Virus record (IMG/VR): IMGVR_UViG_3300037264_002228
Coordinates: 34,444-98,443 of that record
Length of the DNA: 64,000 nucleotides
Strand: one strand, 5' to 3'
DNA from: a virus
Position numbers and translations under genes: made by a program. This document shows, one piece after another, positions 21,053-31,312 of the stretch (positions within the stretch are counted from its first letter, which is position 1; each line of letters begins with the position of its first letter). The notes under the pieces were generated by a model. It searched no databases, was not told where the DNA came from, and worked only from the letters and a program-made list of their open reading frames with translations.

Positions 21053-22912
21053 ATGAGTTGGCAACTATTCGATAGAGTCGCTGCGTTTTTTAAAGCGACT
21101 AATATATACCGTAGTGAAAATCTGTTTCAGGACCAGTCGTCACTAGCTAGAATTTCAGCGGCTGGTGAATTTTTAAATTTTTCTACACAACATCAACTAT
21201 TAGAGCAGACAAATCTGCAAATCAATAGGTTAGAAAGATATAAAGATTTTGACCAAGAAGACCAAGTCGGTGAAATATCGGCGGCACTTGATATGTATGC
21301 CGATGAAGCAAGTTTGATAGATCCTGAAGTACATCATTGCTTAATGGTCAAATCAAGATCATTACGTGTTAAAGAAGAATTAGAAGATTTTTTCTATAAT
21401 ACAATAATGATCGACAATATTCTAAGACCAATGGTTCGTTATTTGTGCAAGTATGGCGATTTCCCAGCTGAAATAGTACCAACTCAAAATAGAAATGGTA
21501 TATCGTCAATACGTCATATGAATGTATACAATTTTACAAGAGTAGAAACTAAATATGGTGATTTGGTTGGTTTCTTCTACCAAGATGAATTTAGTACGCA
21601 ACCAGTATTCTTTCATCCATGGCAAGTAATGCATTTAAGGCTTACTAGTTATGAAAACATTTATCACCCATATGGTAGATCTATCTTAGACCCGACACGT
21701 AAACATTTCAAACAATTGCGTCTAATGGAAGATGCGGCGTTGATATATCGTCTAACACGTGCCCCAGAAAAGAGAGTATTCAAAATCCCAGTTGGTAATA
21801 TCCCAGCAAAGGAAGTCCCACAATTTATACAGCTTATTGCTAGGGAATTTAAGAAGAAGAAGATTTTTGATACAGCCAGCGGCGATGTTAGTGAACGTTG
21901 GTCGCCACTAATCCAAGAAGACGACTTTTGGTTACCTAAGCGCCCAGATGGGTCTGGCCCAGAAATCGAAACACTTCCTGGTGCTGAGAATCTTGATCAA
22001 ATAGCGGACATAGAATACTTCAAAAAGAAAATGGTTTCAGCATTGAAAATACCATTCTCTAGAGTTGGTATTGGTGAGCCGTCTGAGGGCGATGGTGAAC
22101 CATTATCGAAAGTTGCCCCTGAATTCGCAAAAGCAGTTCAGTGGATACAACGAGAAATAGCTATTGGTCTCAAGAAAGTAGCTATCACACATCTAGCATT
22201 GCGTGGATTTTCTGCAGAAGATATTAGAAATTTCGATCTATACATGACGGCATCAAGTGCTATTGATGAATTATATCGCATTGAAACATGGGCATCAAGA
22301 GCAGATGTTATAGATGCATTAAAGGGAACAGGATTATTCCCAGGACGTTGGTTATTGCGTCGTTTTACCAATATGACAGATGACGAAATAGATCAAATGG
22401 AAGAAGAATTTAAGAAACGTGGTGATATTAGTTTCGAGGGTGGTGGTGAAGGCGGTGGAGGTGGAGGCGGCGGCCTCGGCGGTGGTGGATTAGACGTAGA
22501 TATTACGGCACCATCATCTCCTAGTACTCCAGATCTTGGTGGACCAGATGAAGGTGCTGGTGCTCCAGAAGCTGGTGCTCCTGAAGGTGGCGTTCCTGCC
22601 GGGGCTGGTGAAGCATTAGAGGCATTACCTATAGAAGGATATGATTACGCAAAAGAAAAGAAAGTAATCCTAGAATTACGTCAATCGAATAATAAAGCCA
22701 AGATATTAAAATTTAATAATGGTTTTACATATTTGTTAAATCATGGTGAACTTGATAATTTACCAAGTGCAGATAATAATATATTGGTTGAACGAATAAT
22801 TACTGATCAGATGGCTAATGAGGCTATTACTGAGGCCAAGACATTAATGACTCATAATACCTCATCTAAAATAATATCTGAGGACATAACACCAGACGAT
22901 TTACCGAATTAA
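21053..22912 (+). CDS. portal protein (gp20-like)
   Basis: QLRLMEDAALIYRLTRAPEKRVF, EDDFWLP, IETLPG, DIEYFKKK..ALKIP.SR. Confidence 0.95.
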   Translation: MSWQLFDRVAAFFKATNIYRSENLFQDQSSLARISAAGEFLNFSTQHQLLEQTNLQINRLERYKDFDQEDQVGEISAALDMYADEASLIDPEVHHCLMVKSRSLRVKEELEDFFYNTIMIDNILRPMVRYLCKYGDFPAEIVPTQNRNGISSIRHMNVYNFTRVETKYGDLVGFFYQDEFSTQPVFFHPWQVMHLRLTSYENIYHPYGRSILDPTRKHFKQLRLMEDAALIYRLTRAPEKRVFKIPVGNIPAKEVPQFIQLIAREFKKKKIFDTASGDVSERWSPLIQEDDFWLPKRPDGSGPEIETLPGAENLDQIADIEYFKKKMVSALKIPFSRVGIGEPSEGDGEPLSKVAPEFAKAVQWIQREIAIGLKKVAITHLALRGFSAEDIRNFDLYMTASSAIDELYRIETWASRADVIDALKGTGLFPGRWLLRRFTNMTDDEIDQMEEEFKKRGDISFEGGGEGGGGGGGGLGGGGLDVDITAPSSPSTPDLGGPDEGAGAPEAGAPEGGVPAGAGEALEALPIEGYDYAKEKKVILELRQSNNKAKILKFNNGFTYLLNHGELDNLPSADNNILVERIITDQMANEAITEAKTLMTHNTSSKIISEDITPDDLPN

Positions 22913-22982
22913 TTAATTGAAACTAAACTGACATATCTCATTCAAATATATTCCTGAAACAGTTACTAGAGGAGCTTTAGAC

Positions 22983-25900
22983 ATGAGCAATGAACAGAAA
23001 CATGTTCCTGCGTCCTTAAACATGGATGCTAGGAATTTTCTGCATGCTATTAACAACTCGGCCCAGAGCAAAGTTGTTTTCTTTGAAAGCGTTGTGAAAC
23101 GCTTGGGCCAAGAAGCGAAAAAGAATTTTCGGTTAGTTGCACTGCAGCCAGCTAGCTTGATGTTCGAGGATGCCAACACACATGATTATTATGTTGGTGA
23201 CATCAAGAAAGATGGTGTCCGCTATACAATTGACAATATTAAGAAAATTAATGTTGTTGAAGAAAAGAAAGCTGATCTATTCGAAAAGAATTGCAGCGAT
23301 CTTGTTAGCGCGATATCTGAACAAGACTTTAAGAGTGCTGAAAAAACATTTAATAGAATTGAGCTTCAGCGCTTCCGTAGTCGTGTAATCCCAGAGAGTG
23401 GATACGTGATGACACGTGACGGTGAAGTCCGTAAGGTTAATCTAAATAATGGCACAGTAAAAGAAAGTAATATCCCGCTCATTGTCAAAGCGTTCGCTGA
23501 TGCAGTAACTGACTCAGTTGAACTTTCAGAAGGTCAAGTTGTTAGTGGTACATTTACAGAAACTGGTGAACAATTTGTTATTCCTATTGATGAATTAGCT
23601 CGCCGTCGTGTTGTGGCTCGCAAGATGCGCCAAGTCGCAGAAAGCGCGCACCACTCACCATCTTTCCAGAAATTAGTTGCTAATGTTGCGGCTTTGGTAT
23701 CTGAACAAAAAGTTGCCGCTGCTGTTGAAATGGCCGCTAAGTTCTTGAAAGAAGAGCAAGAATTCTGCCTATTAGGCGCTAATGGTGTTTATAAATTAGT
23801 TGAATCAGCTCTTGCAACTCAAATGGAATTTAATTCATTCCTAGTAAACGACGTTGCAATGTTGATGCATAAAACAAATCTAAAGGTTAATCGAGACTCA
23901 ATAGTTGAATGCTGGTCTAAGACAGCTCAAAAGGCTCAGAATGCTGAGCTTTTAACGAAAGCAAAGAATCTATCAGAATCTGAGAGCTTTGCTTCTGATT
24001 ATGAGGTATTCTTGGAATCAGTATTCAATGAAACTGGTGATATTGATTCAAACCGCGCAAAAGCTTATTTGACATCTTTACGTGTTATTCGTGGTGTTCT
24101 AAAACACATGGAAGGCCAGGAACAACTAGTACAAGATATGGACCGTATGGTTGGTGCATTAGAGACTGACCAACCTGCTACAGACGTGATTCAACAAGCC
24201 GAAGAACTATTGGCTAGCTTGAGTGACGAAATTGTCGGAAGAGTTGATAATCTCAGCAATTTCGACCGTATGCCAGGGGTTGAGGAAGAGCCAATGCCTG
24301 GTGATGGAATGGAAGGCGAAGAAGGCGAAGAGCCACCAGTTCCTCTGCCTGAATTGGGTGATGAAACTGCTGGCCCTGAAGTACCTGGAATGTCTGCTGA
24401 TGAATTTGGTAACGCTATGGGCGCTCCAATGGAACCAGCAATGGCTGGCATGGAATCAAAGAAGAAAGTATCAAAACCTCTATCTGAGGGTGAATTCACT
24501 CCAGTAGAGAGAATGAGCGTTCTTGAATTACAAGAAGAGCTATTAAGCTGGAAGACAGATGGTCATATCTTCCTTAAAGAAGATGGATTTGAAGATTGCT
24601 ATGGTCAACTAAATCGTTATATTGACCGTTGCATGTCACTCGGTCAACCAGCTGATCCAGTCCGTGAAGCGTTTGAACAAATCCGTGATGTCGTTATCGA
24701 TTCTGGTAATGACGTCGACTTAGACATGCCACATGATCCATATGCTAAGGCTGTGAATCTGAAGGAAGGCGCTAAGATTAAGGATTACATGCCAGTCTTT
24801 GAAGATCTTGGTGGACTAGCTGGTCCAGCAAAGGGTGTAAAACATGGTAGTGATGCCTCTGGCATGAATGAGCTACAAGATGGTGAAGGCCTCTCTAAGA
24901 AGGAAACTAAGAAAGTCGATGGCACTGATGCTAGTGGCGCGCCAAGCGCAACTGGCGCTGAGAGTCAAGAAGTTGGTCTCGGTATGTCGAAAGACCATCA
25001 GAGCAAGACCAAAGGTCTTGCGTCCAAAGACTTGAAGAAAGTTAGTGGCCAAGATGCTTCTAATACGCCAAATCCAGGTGGCGCTGTAAAGGGCGACCCA
25101 GATATGGCAAAGGATTTGCTTGATAAATCAAAGAGCATCGCTGAAGGATCATTTATTGACAAAATAGCAGCTACTCTTGGTGAAGAAGAGTTTAAATTAG
25201 GTACAACTCATAAGAGTGGCGCTGGTTATACTAAGGGTCATGATCTTAAGATGGATGAGCTGCAAGGTAGCGATGGCGTTGATGGTGATGACTTGAAGAA
25301 AGTCGATGGCACTAGCGCCGCTGGTACTCCTTCCGCTAAGGGCGCAGAGGGTGGTGACACCGATATGGCCAAAGACTTCCAGGACAAGACAGATGGTTTA
25401 GCTGAATCTGAAGAAGGTGGCGAAGTTGTCTCTGAGGTACCAGAGAATGAAGAGGCAGCTACAGAGGATCAGCACAAAGGCCCACGTCAGCACAAATGGG
25501 GCCGCAAAAAGGCAGCTCTTGCTCCACGCGAAGTGAAGAAAGAGAGTGTCGAAGGAATAGCGAACTCATTAAGTGAAGATGTTGCTATCTTTAAGACCGA
25601 TGATCGTCTTGATGACGTAATCATGAAGGTATTGGAGCACATGAAGGGCGATGAACCAATGGGTGTTGATGCTGGCATGATGCCACCAGCACCAGTTGGC
25701 GATATGCCTCCAGGCGATATGCCTCCAGGCGATATGGGTATGCCTCCAGGCGATGGTATGCCTGCAGGTGATATGGGTATGCCTCCAGGCGACATGATGG
25801 GCGGTGACGAAGAGGCCGTTGGCCATACGTTCGATGCTGAAAATATGGCCGCAGGAATTCCACCAGAGGGCGCTCCAGGCCATGATGAAATGGAATCACC

Positions 25901-26222
25901 AGAAGAAAAAGCAGCCGAATCTGAAGCAGGTGGTCCACCTTCATTCGTAAAGGACGAAAAGAAGGATGAGAAGAAGGGTCCACCACCTCCTAAGAAGGAA
26001 AAGAAGGACGACGACAAGGAAGAGAAAGGCGAAAAAAAGGAAAAGAAGGACGACAAGGACGACAAGAAAGAGAAGAAAGAGTCTTTCGACGCCGCTCTTA
26101 ATAACAAATTAGGAACATTGACCGAAGAAGGTTATTGTGTTGATTGCGATCAGAAGGGCGACAAATGTAAGTGCCCTCCGATGTGCAAGAAATGTGGTCA
26201 AGACAAATGTGAGTGCAAATAA
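22983..26222 (+). CDS. large prohead core / internal head protein with repeats
   Basis: 1079 aa between portal and protease; many (L/I)xE sites, acidic and low-complexity repeats, Cys-rich end; GGAG RBS. Confidence 0.65.
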   Translation: MSNEQKHVPASLNMDARNFLHAINNSAQSKVVFFESVVKRLGQEAKKNFRLVALQPASLMFEDANTHDYYVGDIKKDGVRYTIDNIKKINVVEEKKADLFEKNCSDLVSAISEQDFKSAEKTFNRIELQRFRSRVIPESGYVMTRDGEVRKVNLNNGTVKESNIPLIVKAFADAVTDSVELSEGQVVSGTFTETGEQFVIPIDELARRRVVARKMRQVAESAHHSPSFQKLVANVAALVSEQKVAAAVEMAAKFLKEEQEFCLLGANGVYKLVESALATQMEFNSFLVNDVAMLMHKTNLKVNRDSIVECWSKTAQKAQNAELLTKAKNLSESESFASDYEVFLESVFNETGDIDSNRAKAYLTSLRVIRGVLKHMEGQEQLVQDMDRMVGALETDQPATDVIQQAEELLASLSDEIVGRVDNLSNFDRMPGVEEEPMPGDGMEGEEGEEPPVPLPELGDETAGPEVPGMSADEFGNAMGAPMEPAMAGMESKKKVSKPLSEGEFTPVERMSVLELQEELLSWKTDGHIFLKEDGFEDCYGQLNRYIDRCMSLGQPADPVREAFEQIRDVVIDSGNDVDLDMPHDPYAKAVNLKEGAKIKDYMPVFEDLGGLAGPAKGVKHGSDASGMNELQDGEGLSKKETKKVDGTDASGAPSATGAESQEVGLGMSKDHQSKTKGLASKDLKKVSGQDASNTPNPGGAVKGDPDMAKDLLDKSKSIAEGSFIDKIAATLGEEEFKLGTTHKSGAGYTKGHDLKMDELQGSDGVDGDDLKKVDGTSAAGTPSAKGAEGGDTDMAKDFQDKTDGLAESEEGGEVVSEVPENEEAATEDQHKGPRQHKWGRKKAALAPREVKKESVEGIANSLSEDVAIFKTDDRLDDVIMKVLEHMKGDEPMGVDAGMMPPAPVGDMPPGDMPPGDMGMPPGDGMPAGDMGMPPGDMMGGDEEAVGHTFDAENMAAGIPPEGAPGHDEMESPEEKAAESEAGGPPSFVKDEKKDEKKGPPPPKKEKKDDDKEEKGEKKEKKDDKDDKKEKKESFDAALNNKLGTLTEEGYCVDCDQKGDKCKCPPMCKKCGQDKCECK
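25698..25797 (+). repeat. coding tandem repeat GGCGATATG(GGTATG)CCTCCA encoding GDM(GM)PP units
   Basis: About six imperfect copies visible in DNA and protein. Confidence 0.8.
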
Positions 26223-26231
26223 GGTAAATCG

Positions 26232-26912
26232 ATGATAATTTCAAGATCTTCTGTTGCACAAACTGGCCAATTAGGCAATTATCAATTGCTGCGTGAATCA
26301 ATACCATTACTAATAGTTAAATCTGAAAGCGTAATGGTTGAGGACGCAAATGGCCAGAAGCGTCCAACTCTGCGTTTGGCTGGTCGTTTTCAATACGGCA
26401 ATAAGCCAAACTCAAATGGCCGTATCTATGAATCTGCTATTTTAAAACAAGCAGTATCTGAGATTCAAGAAGACCTTAAAGCACGTAGAATTTTAGGCGA
26501 ATTCGATCATCCACCAGATGCTAAGATTCATTTGGATCGTATTAGTCACGTTCTAACTAAGCTGTGGATGGAAGGTGATGAAGTTCTTGGCGAACTAGAA
26601 GTTCTAGAAAAAACACCATGTGGAGCTATTCTAAAAGGTTTAGTTGAGAGTGGTGTTAGTATTGGTATTAGTTCTCGTGGCGTTGGCGATATGGAAGCTG
26701 CAATGGTTGAAGGCCAAGAATATTATAAAGTTATGCCTGGATTTACATTTGTAACGTTTGACGTTGTTGCAGAACCAAGCGTCCATGGTAGTTATCTTAA
26801 TGTTATGGAATCTCGTAATAGACTCATGAAAGACAAGCAGATTTCTGAGTCGTTTAAAACTAAAGAACGCAATGTTCTTAAAGAGATTCATAATTATTTC
26901 AATAAGATTTAA
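26232..26912 (+). CDS. prohead protease (gp21-like)
   Basis: N.NGRIY, GEFDHP, ISH, TPCG.ILK, GISSRGVG, FDVVAEPS. Confidence 0.95.
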   Translation: MIISRSSVAQTGQLGNYQLLRESIPLLIVKSESVMVEDANGQKRPTLRLAGRFQYGNKPNSNGRIYESAILKQAVSEIQEDLKARRILGEFDHPPDAKIHLDRISHVLTKLWMEGDEVLGELEVLEKTPCGAILKGLVESGVSIGISSRGVGDMEAAMVEGQEYYKVMPGFTFVTFDVVAEPSVHGSYLNVMESRNRLMKDKQISESFKTKERNVLKEIHNYFNKI

Positions 26913-26981
26913 ATAATCAGATTGATCTCTATTTGCAAATATATTATAACTTTCGTAGTTTGAGAGTACCTTGAGGAATAT

Positions 26982-27848
26982 ATGAGTTATCCAGATCCTT
27001 ATCCAGATTATGATGATCAACATAAAGACAAATTTTTAGAAATAGAACCAGATACTGATGATGTTCAAGTTCCACCACAACCTAAACCAGAAGGTCTTCA
27101 TGATGAAGATGAATTTACAAATGATCAGCAGGACCCGGAATTCAACACGTGGGGGAAACGTGTATATAATTGGGTTTTAGAAAAATGGAATTCTGGTGAA
27201 TTTAATGAGGACAATAAAGACAGTATTACTGTTGATCAAGCAAAAACCATGTTTAGTAGAGATACCGGGATCGATCTAATAAAACAACCTAATGCTCATT
27301 ATGCTGAGGCGGTATTTTGGTCAAACGATGACATGTTTAATACTGATGTAGAATCATATTTTAATGAATCTAAAAAGTCTAATCCATGGGCTATTTGCAC
27401 CAACTCCGTTGGTCGTGAAAACAAAAAGAAATATGAGAGATGCATTATGTCAGTAAAGAAAAAGACTAATTACAAAGAATCTGTTGATCCAGTTCAGCAA
27501 ATTGCTGAAATGTTAACAGATGACCCAGATGTAATGGTTGGTGATTTTGATGATGAACAATCAAATGATGTTGGTACACTAACTGCAGAGCCGCCAATTG
27601 CTGAGCCAGTTGCTGAGCCAGCACAAGATTTGGATGTTAACGAGTTTGATGCTGCTTTAGATAGGATCTTAGCAGACATGGGAGGCCCAACTGGTGGGCC
27701 GACCACAAAACCGGTTGAACCAGAAACAATGCCTGATGTAGATCCTGGCGCTCCTGGCGCTCCTACTGAACCATCTGAGCCAGACCCTTTTACACCAACA
27801 AGACCAGCAGTTATGCCAGAACCAAAAGCGAGAACAAACAGGTATTAA
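26982..27848 (+). CDS. acidic hypothetical, probable head-associated protein
   Basis: In head module; GLHDEDEF and NPWAICT..VG..KYERC motifs; Pro-rich tail. Confidence 0.6.
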   Translation: MSYPDPYPDYDDQHKDKFLEIEPDTDDVQVPPQPKPEGLHDEDEFTNDQQDPEFNTWGKRVYNWVLEKWNSGEFNEDNKDSITVDQAKTMFSRDTGIDLIKQPNAHYAEAVFWSNDDMFNTDVESYFNESKKSNPWAICTNSVGRENKKKYERCIMSVKKKTNYKESVDPVQQIAEMLTDDPDVMVGDFDDEQSNDVGTLTAEPPIAEPVAEPAQDLDVNEFDAALDRILADMGGPTGGPTTKPVEPETMPDVDPGAPGAPTEPSEPDPFTPTRPAVMPEPKARTNRY

Positions 27849-28886
27849 ATGAATATCATTGAATTGGCATTTTTTAATGACGATGAACTACTTCTTGAAA
27901 TGCATCCATCAATACAAAATGCATTTGAGAAGGGTACTCATCCATTAGCAAAACATCCAGTGTTTAGTAAACATGGTCAAAAAATGTCTAATGACCAATA
28001 TATTCATTTAATGGCACAATATAAATCAAGGTCTGGTAAAGAACAGTTTGATCCAAATGACGTCATGACTACGTATAGGGCCATTACGTCTATAGAAAGA
28101 ATGCATCAGAACGAATTAAAACAACTGGCAATTAAAATAGTGTGCCAAGTATGGAAAGTCGATCCATCATTATTTGCTGAGCCAGAATTAACACAAAATA
28201 TTAGTATTGGTGGTGATGATGAAGACGCAGAAGAGGAAGTTGAAGAAGAATTGACACCAGAACAACTAGAAGAAGTAGAAAAGCGCATTACAATGAACAT
28301 GTTGACCCATGGTAGTTCTATTCATATGATGACTACTATGTATCATTTGGCAAAAGATGCATTAGAAAAGATGGATTCAAGACTTATAAAACTATATGAT
28401 GTATTTAGTACTGGTGCTAATTTAAGTTCTTGGTATATGAATATAGAGAACATGCTACAATTAATGGGTGTAATGACAGGTGGCACTGAAGAGGTTGAGT
28501 GGGAAGGCGACAAGCCAAAAATCAAAGCAAAAGCTATGATGTTTCCAATCTTATTGCACGAAATGTCTAAGGGTGTGATGGAAGTATTAACGATGCATCA
28601 GTTATCATCGTTAGAACCAGACACTCTTAAGAAAGTATATAAGCACGCTGACAAATATGAACACGAATTTTTCCATTTCTTTGTTGGGCCAGCTGTGTGG
28701 AGAAAATTCATTAGAGTAGTACCTAAAGATAAACTGGCGCGTGTTATTGCTGCTTTATCTAATCCAAAATTAAAATCTAAAGATGTAACTGCATTTATTA
28801 ATGCCACAATTGAAGATTCTGAGTTGGCTGTTCAGATGATTAATGATTTGGTGCGTGATCCAAAAGGCACAGTTGAAAATCTATGA
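27849..28886 (+). CDS. hypothetical protein in head module
   Basis: 345 aa ORF abutting its neighbours. Confidence 0.65.
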   Translation: MNIIELAFFNDDELLLEMHPSIQNAFEKGTHPLAKHPVFSKHGQKMSNDQYIHLMAQYKSRSGKEQFDPNDVMTTYRAITSIERMHQNELKQLAIKIVCQVWKVDPSLFAEPELTQNISIGGDDEDAEEEVEEELTPEQLEEVEKRITMNMLTHGSSIHMMTTMYHLAKDALEKMDSRLIKLYDVFSTGANLSSWYMNIENMLQLMGVMTGGTEEVEWEGDKPKIKAKAMMFPILLHEMSKGVMEVLTMHQLSSLEPDTLKKVYKHADKYEHEFFHFFVGPAVWRKFIRVVPKDKLARVIAALSNPKLKSKDVTAFINATIEDSELAVQMINDLVRDPKGTVENL

Positions 28887-29974
28887 AATTAGTTTGTTTA
28901 TTAGAAGATATAACAGCTAAACTTGAGAATCTTAAAAAGATTTTACTTGGTAAGAAATCTATATGGCTACAACGTAAATTAAAAAGACCTGTTGATGCAT
29001 CTATACATGAGCCTGTTGCAGGAGCATCGTCAATTACGCCAGAACTACAACAAGCAGCTGCTGAAGAAATTAAAAACTCTGCACAATGGGATCCAACAAC
29101 TAGACGTGAATTAGATGGCATATTCATACAGTTTATCGTAAGAAATATTGCCAACAATAGCATAAAACTGCCTGAAGATGGCCCACCATTGAAAGAAACA
29201 TTAGACACATTTGTTAAAGCATCTAAAAAGGGTAGTTGGATAGACAAAAAAGATATCATGCAATTTACTGATTGGCGTGAATTGCAGCGTTCAACGATGG
29301 AATGGACAAAGAAAAACCAAGAAGGTAGTAGACCATCATCTGAAACCGAATGGGTTAAAAGAGCCAAAGCAGGATCTGAGAAAATAACAGAATTTGATAT
29401 TACAACCACAGGCGGTAATGTGCCTGGTAATAAACATTATGTTGTGATTCAATTAAACACACCAATTGCAGTAACGGTGTATGGTAGGGGCACACAATGG
29501 TGTACATCTTGCTCATTATATAAGACGATAAGGCCACATGAGCTAGAACAAAATCTTACACAACTAAGTAATCAAGGACAAAAAATTGAAGGTAATCCAT
29601 GGGCAAATGTTGATCGTAAAGGGTTTTTAGATATTATAACAGATTTAAATGATGGCAACATTACTAAGTCGGAGCTAAAAATCCCAAACCCGTATTTGTC
29701 ATCTGCATTGAACAATGCAGTTAGTTACCTTCGTGATGGTCCTATGTTTCTAATTTTTAAAAATGGTAGCCCATATATCCAGATGTCAAATAGTGGTCGC
29801 GATGTTATGAACATTAATGACATCAAACTAAGAGGCACCAGCCCAGCTCTTGCATTAGTATTTAGAAAAATGATAGAAAGTGGCAAGATGTCTGAATCTA
29901 TGAAGAAGGTATTGGAAAGCCACATTAATTCTAGTGGACTAAAAGAACTAGAAGCAAAAGGGTTTAAATTTTAA
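28883..29974 (+). CDS. hypothetical, probable internal head protein
   Basis: 363 aa; N-terminus MKLVCLLE; YGRGTQWCT motif. Confidence 0.6.
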   Translation: MKLVCLLEDITAKLENLKKILLGKKSIWLQRKLKRPVDASIHEPVAGASSITPELQQAAAEEIKNSAQWDPTTRRELDGIFIQFIVRNIANNSIKLPEDGPPLKETLDTFVKASKKGSWIDKKDIMQFTDWRELQRSTMEWTKKNQEGSRPSSETEWVKRAKAGSEKITEFDITTTGGNVPGNKHYVVIQLNTPIAVTVYGRGTQWCTSCSLYKTIRPHELEQNLTQLSNQGQKIEGNPWANVDRKGFLDIITDLNDGNITKSELKIPNPYLSSALNNAVSYLRDGPMFLIFKNGSPYIQMSNSGRDVMNINDIKLRGTSPALALVFRKMIESGKMSESMKKVLESHINSSGLKELEAKGFKF

Positions 29975-30396
29975 TCGTCGAATGCTTTATTAAGACTAGA
30001 TTTAAATCGTTTATTAATATTTAAAATTGCTATGTCGACTGGGCTTTGGCTATTTAACTTCTTATCGATCCGTGTTTTAAGCTTTGTCTCATTAGACTTA
30101 TCCAACATTGATTGTTTCTTAGCTTGATCACTCCATAATGCATTACTAATGGTTTTGCATTTTTGACGTATTTTGGGCGCTTTCATTTTAATTGATATTA
30201 CACATTTTCTACATATATATGGTATATTATTTGAAGATATTCTTTTTACTAGCGCATCTATAGTAATCATATCCCAACTTGAGCACGCTGTACACTGTGT
30301 CGATATTGAGCATCGATGTGCATATTTGTGTTCTGTTATTTTAGTATAATCTACAGCAAACACATTTCCTATTAATTGTTCAATTTTATATTTCAT
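29971..30396 (-). CDS. Cys-rich basic protein, possible homing-endonuclease-related remnant
   Basis: Antisense insertion in the head operon; CxxC..CxxC and basic helical segment; no nuclease motif seen. Confidence 0.4.
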   Translation of the reverse strand: MKYKIEQLIGNVFAVDYTKITEHKYAHRCSISTQCTACSSWDMITIDALVKRISSNNIPYICRKCVISIKMKAPKIRQKCKTISNALWSDQAKKQSMLDKSNETKLKTRIDKKLNSQSPVDIAILNINKRFKSSLNKAFDD

Positions 30397-30503
30397 TGTC
30401 GACGAACCTATATCACGTAACTAAAATATATTTTACGCAAAACTACTTTAGTTATCGATGACATGTGTTCACAATAATGTAGAACACGATATGTCAAAGA
30501 TGT

Positions 30504-31298
30504 ATGAAAGGAAAAGACATGGAAAACATGGTAAAAATCAAGGAACTTTTAAAAGGCATTGGTGCTTCAGATGAATTGGCAGTTGCTCTTTGTGAAGAGC
30601 TTGAGCGCTATAGCGCTGCCTTGAAGACCAAGTATGAACACGAATATTCGCAGAAAATTGGGCGCGCCAAGCAGGTCTGTGTGGAAGAAGTAAACAAGGA
30701 AAAGGCTGCTATGGCTCGCCGCGTTAAAACTTTCATGGAGAGCAAGGTCGCTTCAATGGAACAAGCTTACGCTGGTCGTAGAGCAATCGAAGAGTCTGAG
30801 TCCGCTTCTCGCCTCAAGAAAGCTAAGGCCATTCTTGAGGGCGTCGAGATTAAAGATGGTGGCGTGACGAATCAGACTTTGGAAGAGCGCGATAAGAAAA
30901 TTGCGCGGCTCGAAAAGGCAATCAATAGCTTGAAGGAAGAACGTAATTTAGCTGTTGCTAAAGCCAACACAGCAAATGATATTGCTGCAAAAGCCTTACA
31001 ACGCAATCGCTCTTTAGAGTCACGTGTCGCAACAGAGGGTTACTGCGCCGATCATAAGCTTCCATTCCCAAAGAGTGGTAAGTGCGCTAAATGCGGTGGT
31101 GGTGACAAGAAGGACGACAAGAAAGAAGACAAGAAGGTAGACGAAGCTAGGAAGCCAGCTCCAACTCGTCTTGATGAAAGTCGTACAGCTCCAGCTGCTA
31201 CACAATCAACTCGCAGAACAATGAATGAGTCACAATCCCGTACAGGCCAGTTGCCTGTCACGGAGATCGGCAAAATTGCTGATACAATCCAGGACTGA
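30504..31298 (+). CDS. prohead scaffolding protein (gp22-like)
   Basis: Coiled-coil E/K-rich protein immediately before the major capsid gene. Confidence 0.75.
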   Translation: MKGKDMENMVKIKELLKGIGASDELAVALCEELERYSAALKTKYEHEYSQKIGRAKQVCVEEVNKEKAAMARRVKTFMESKVASMEQAYAGRRAIEESESASRLKKAKAILEGVEIKDGGVTNQTLEERDKKIARLEKAINSLKEERNLAVAKANTANDIAAKALQRNRSLESRVATEGYCADHKLPFPKSGKCAKCGGGDKKDDKKEDKKVDEARKPAPTRLDESRTAPAATQSTRRTMNESQSRTGQLPVTEIGKIADTIQD

Positions 31299-31312
31299 AA
31301 GGAATAAATTAA

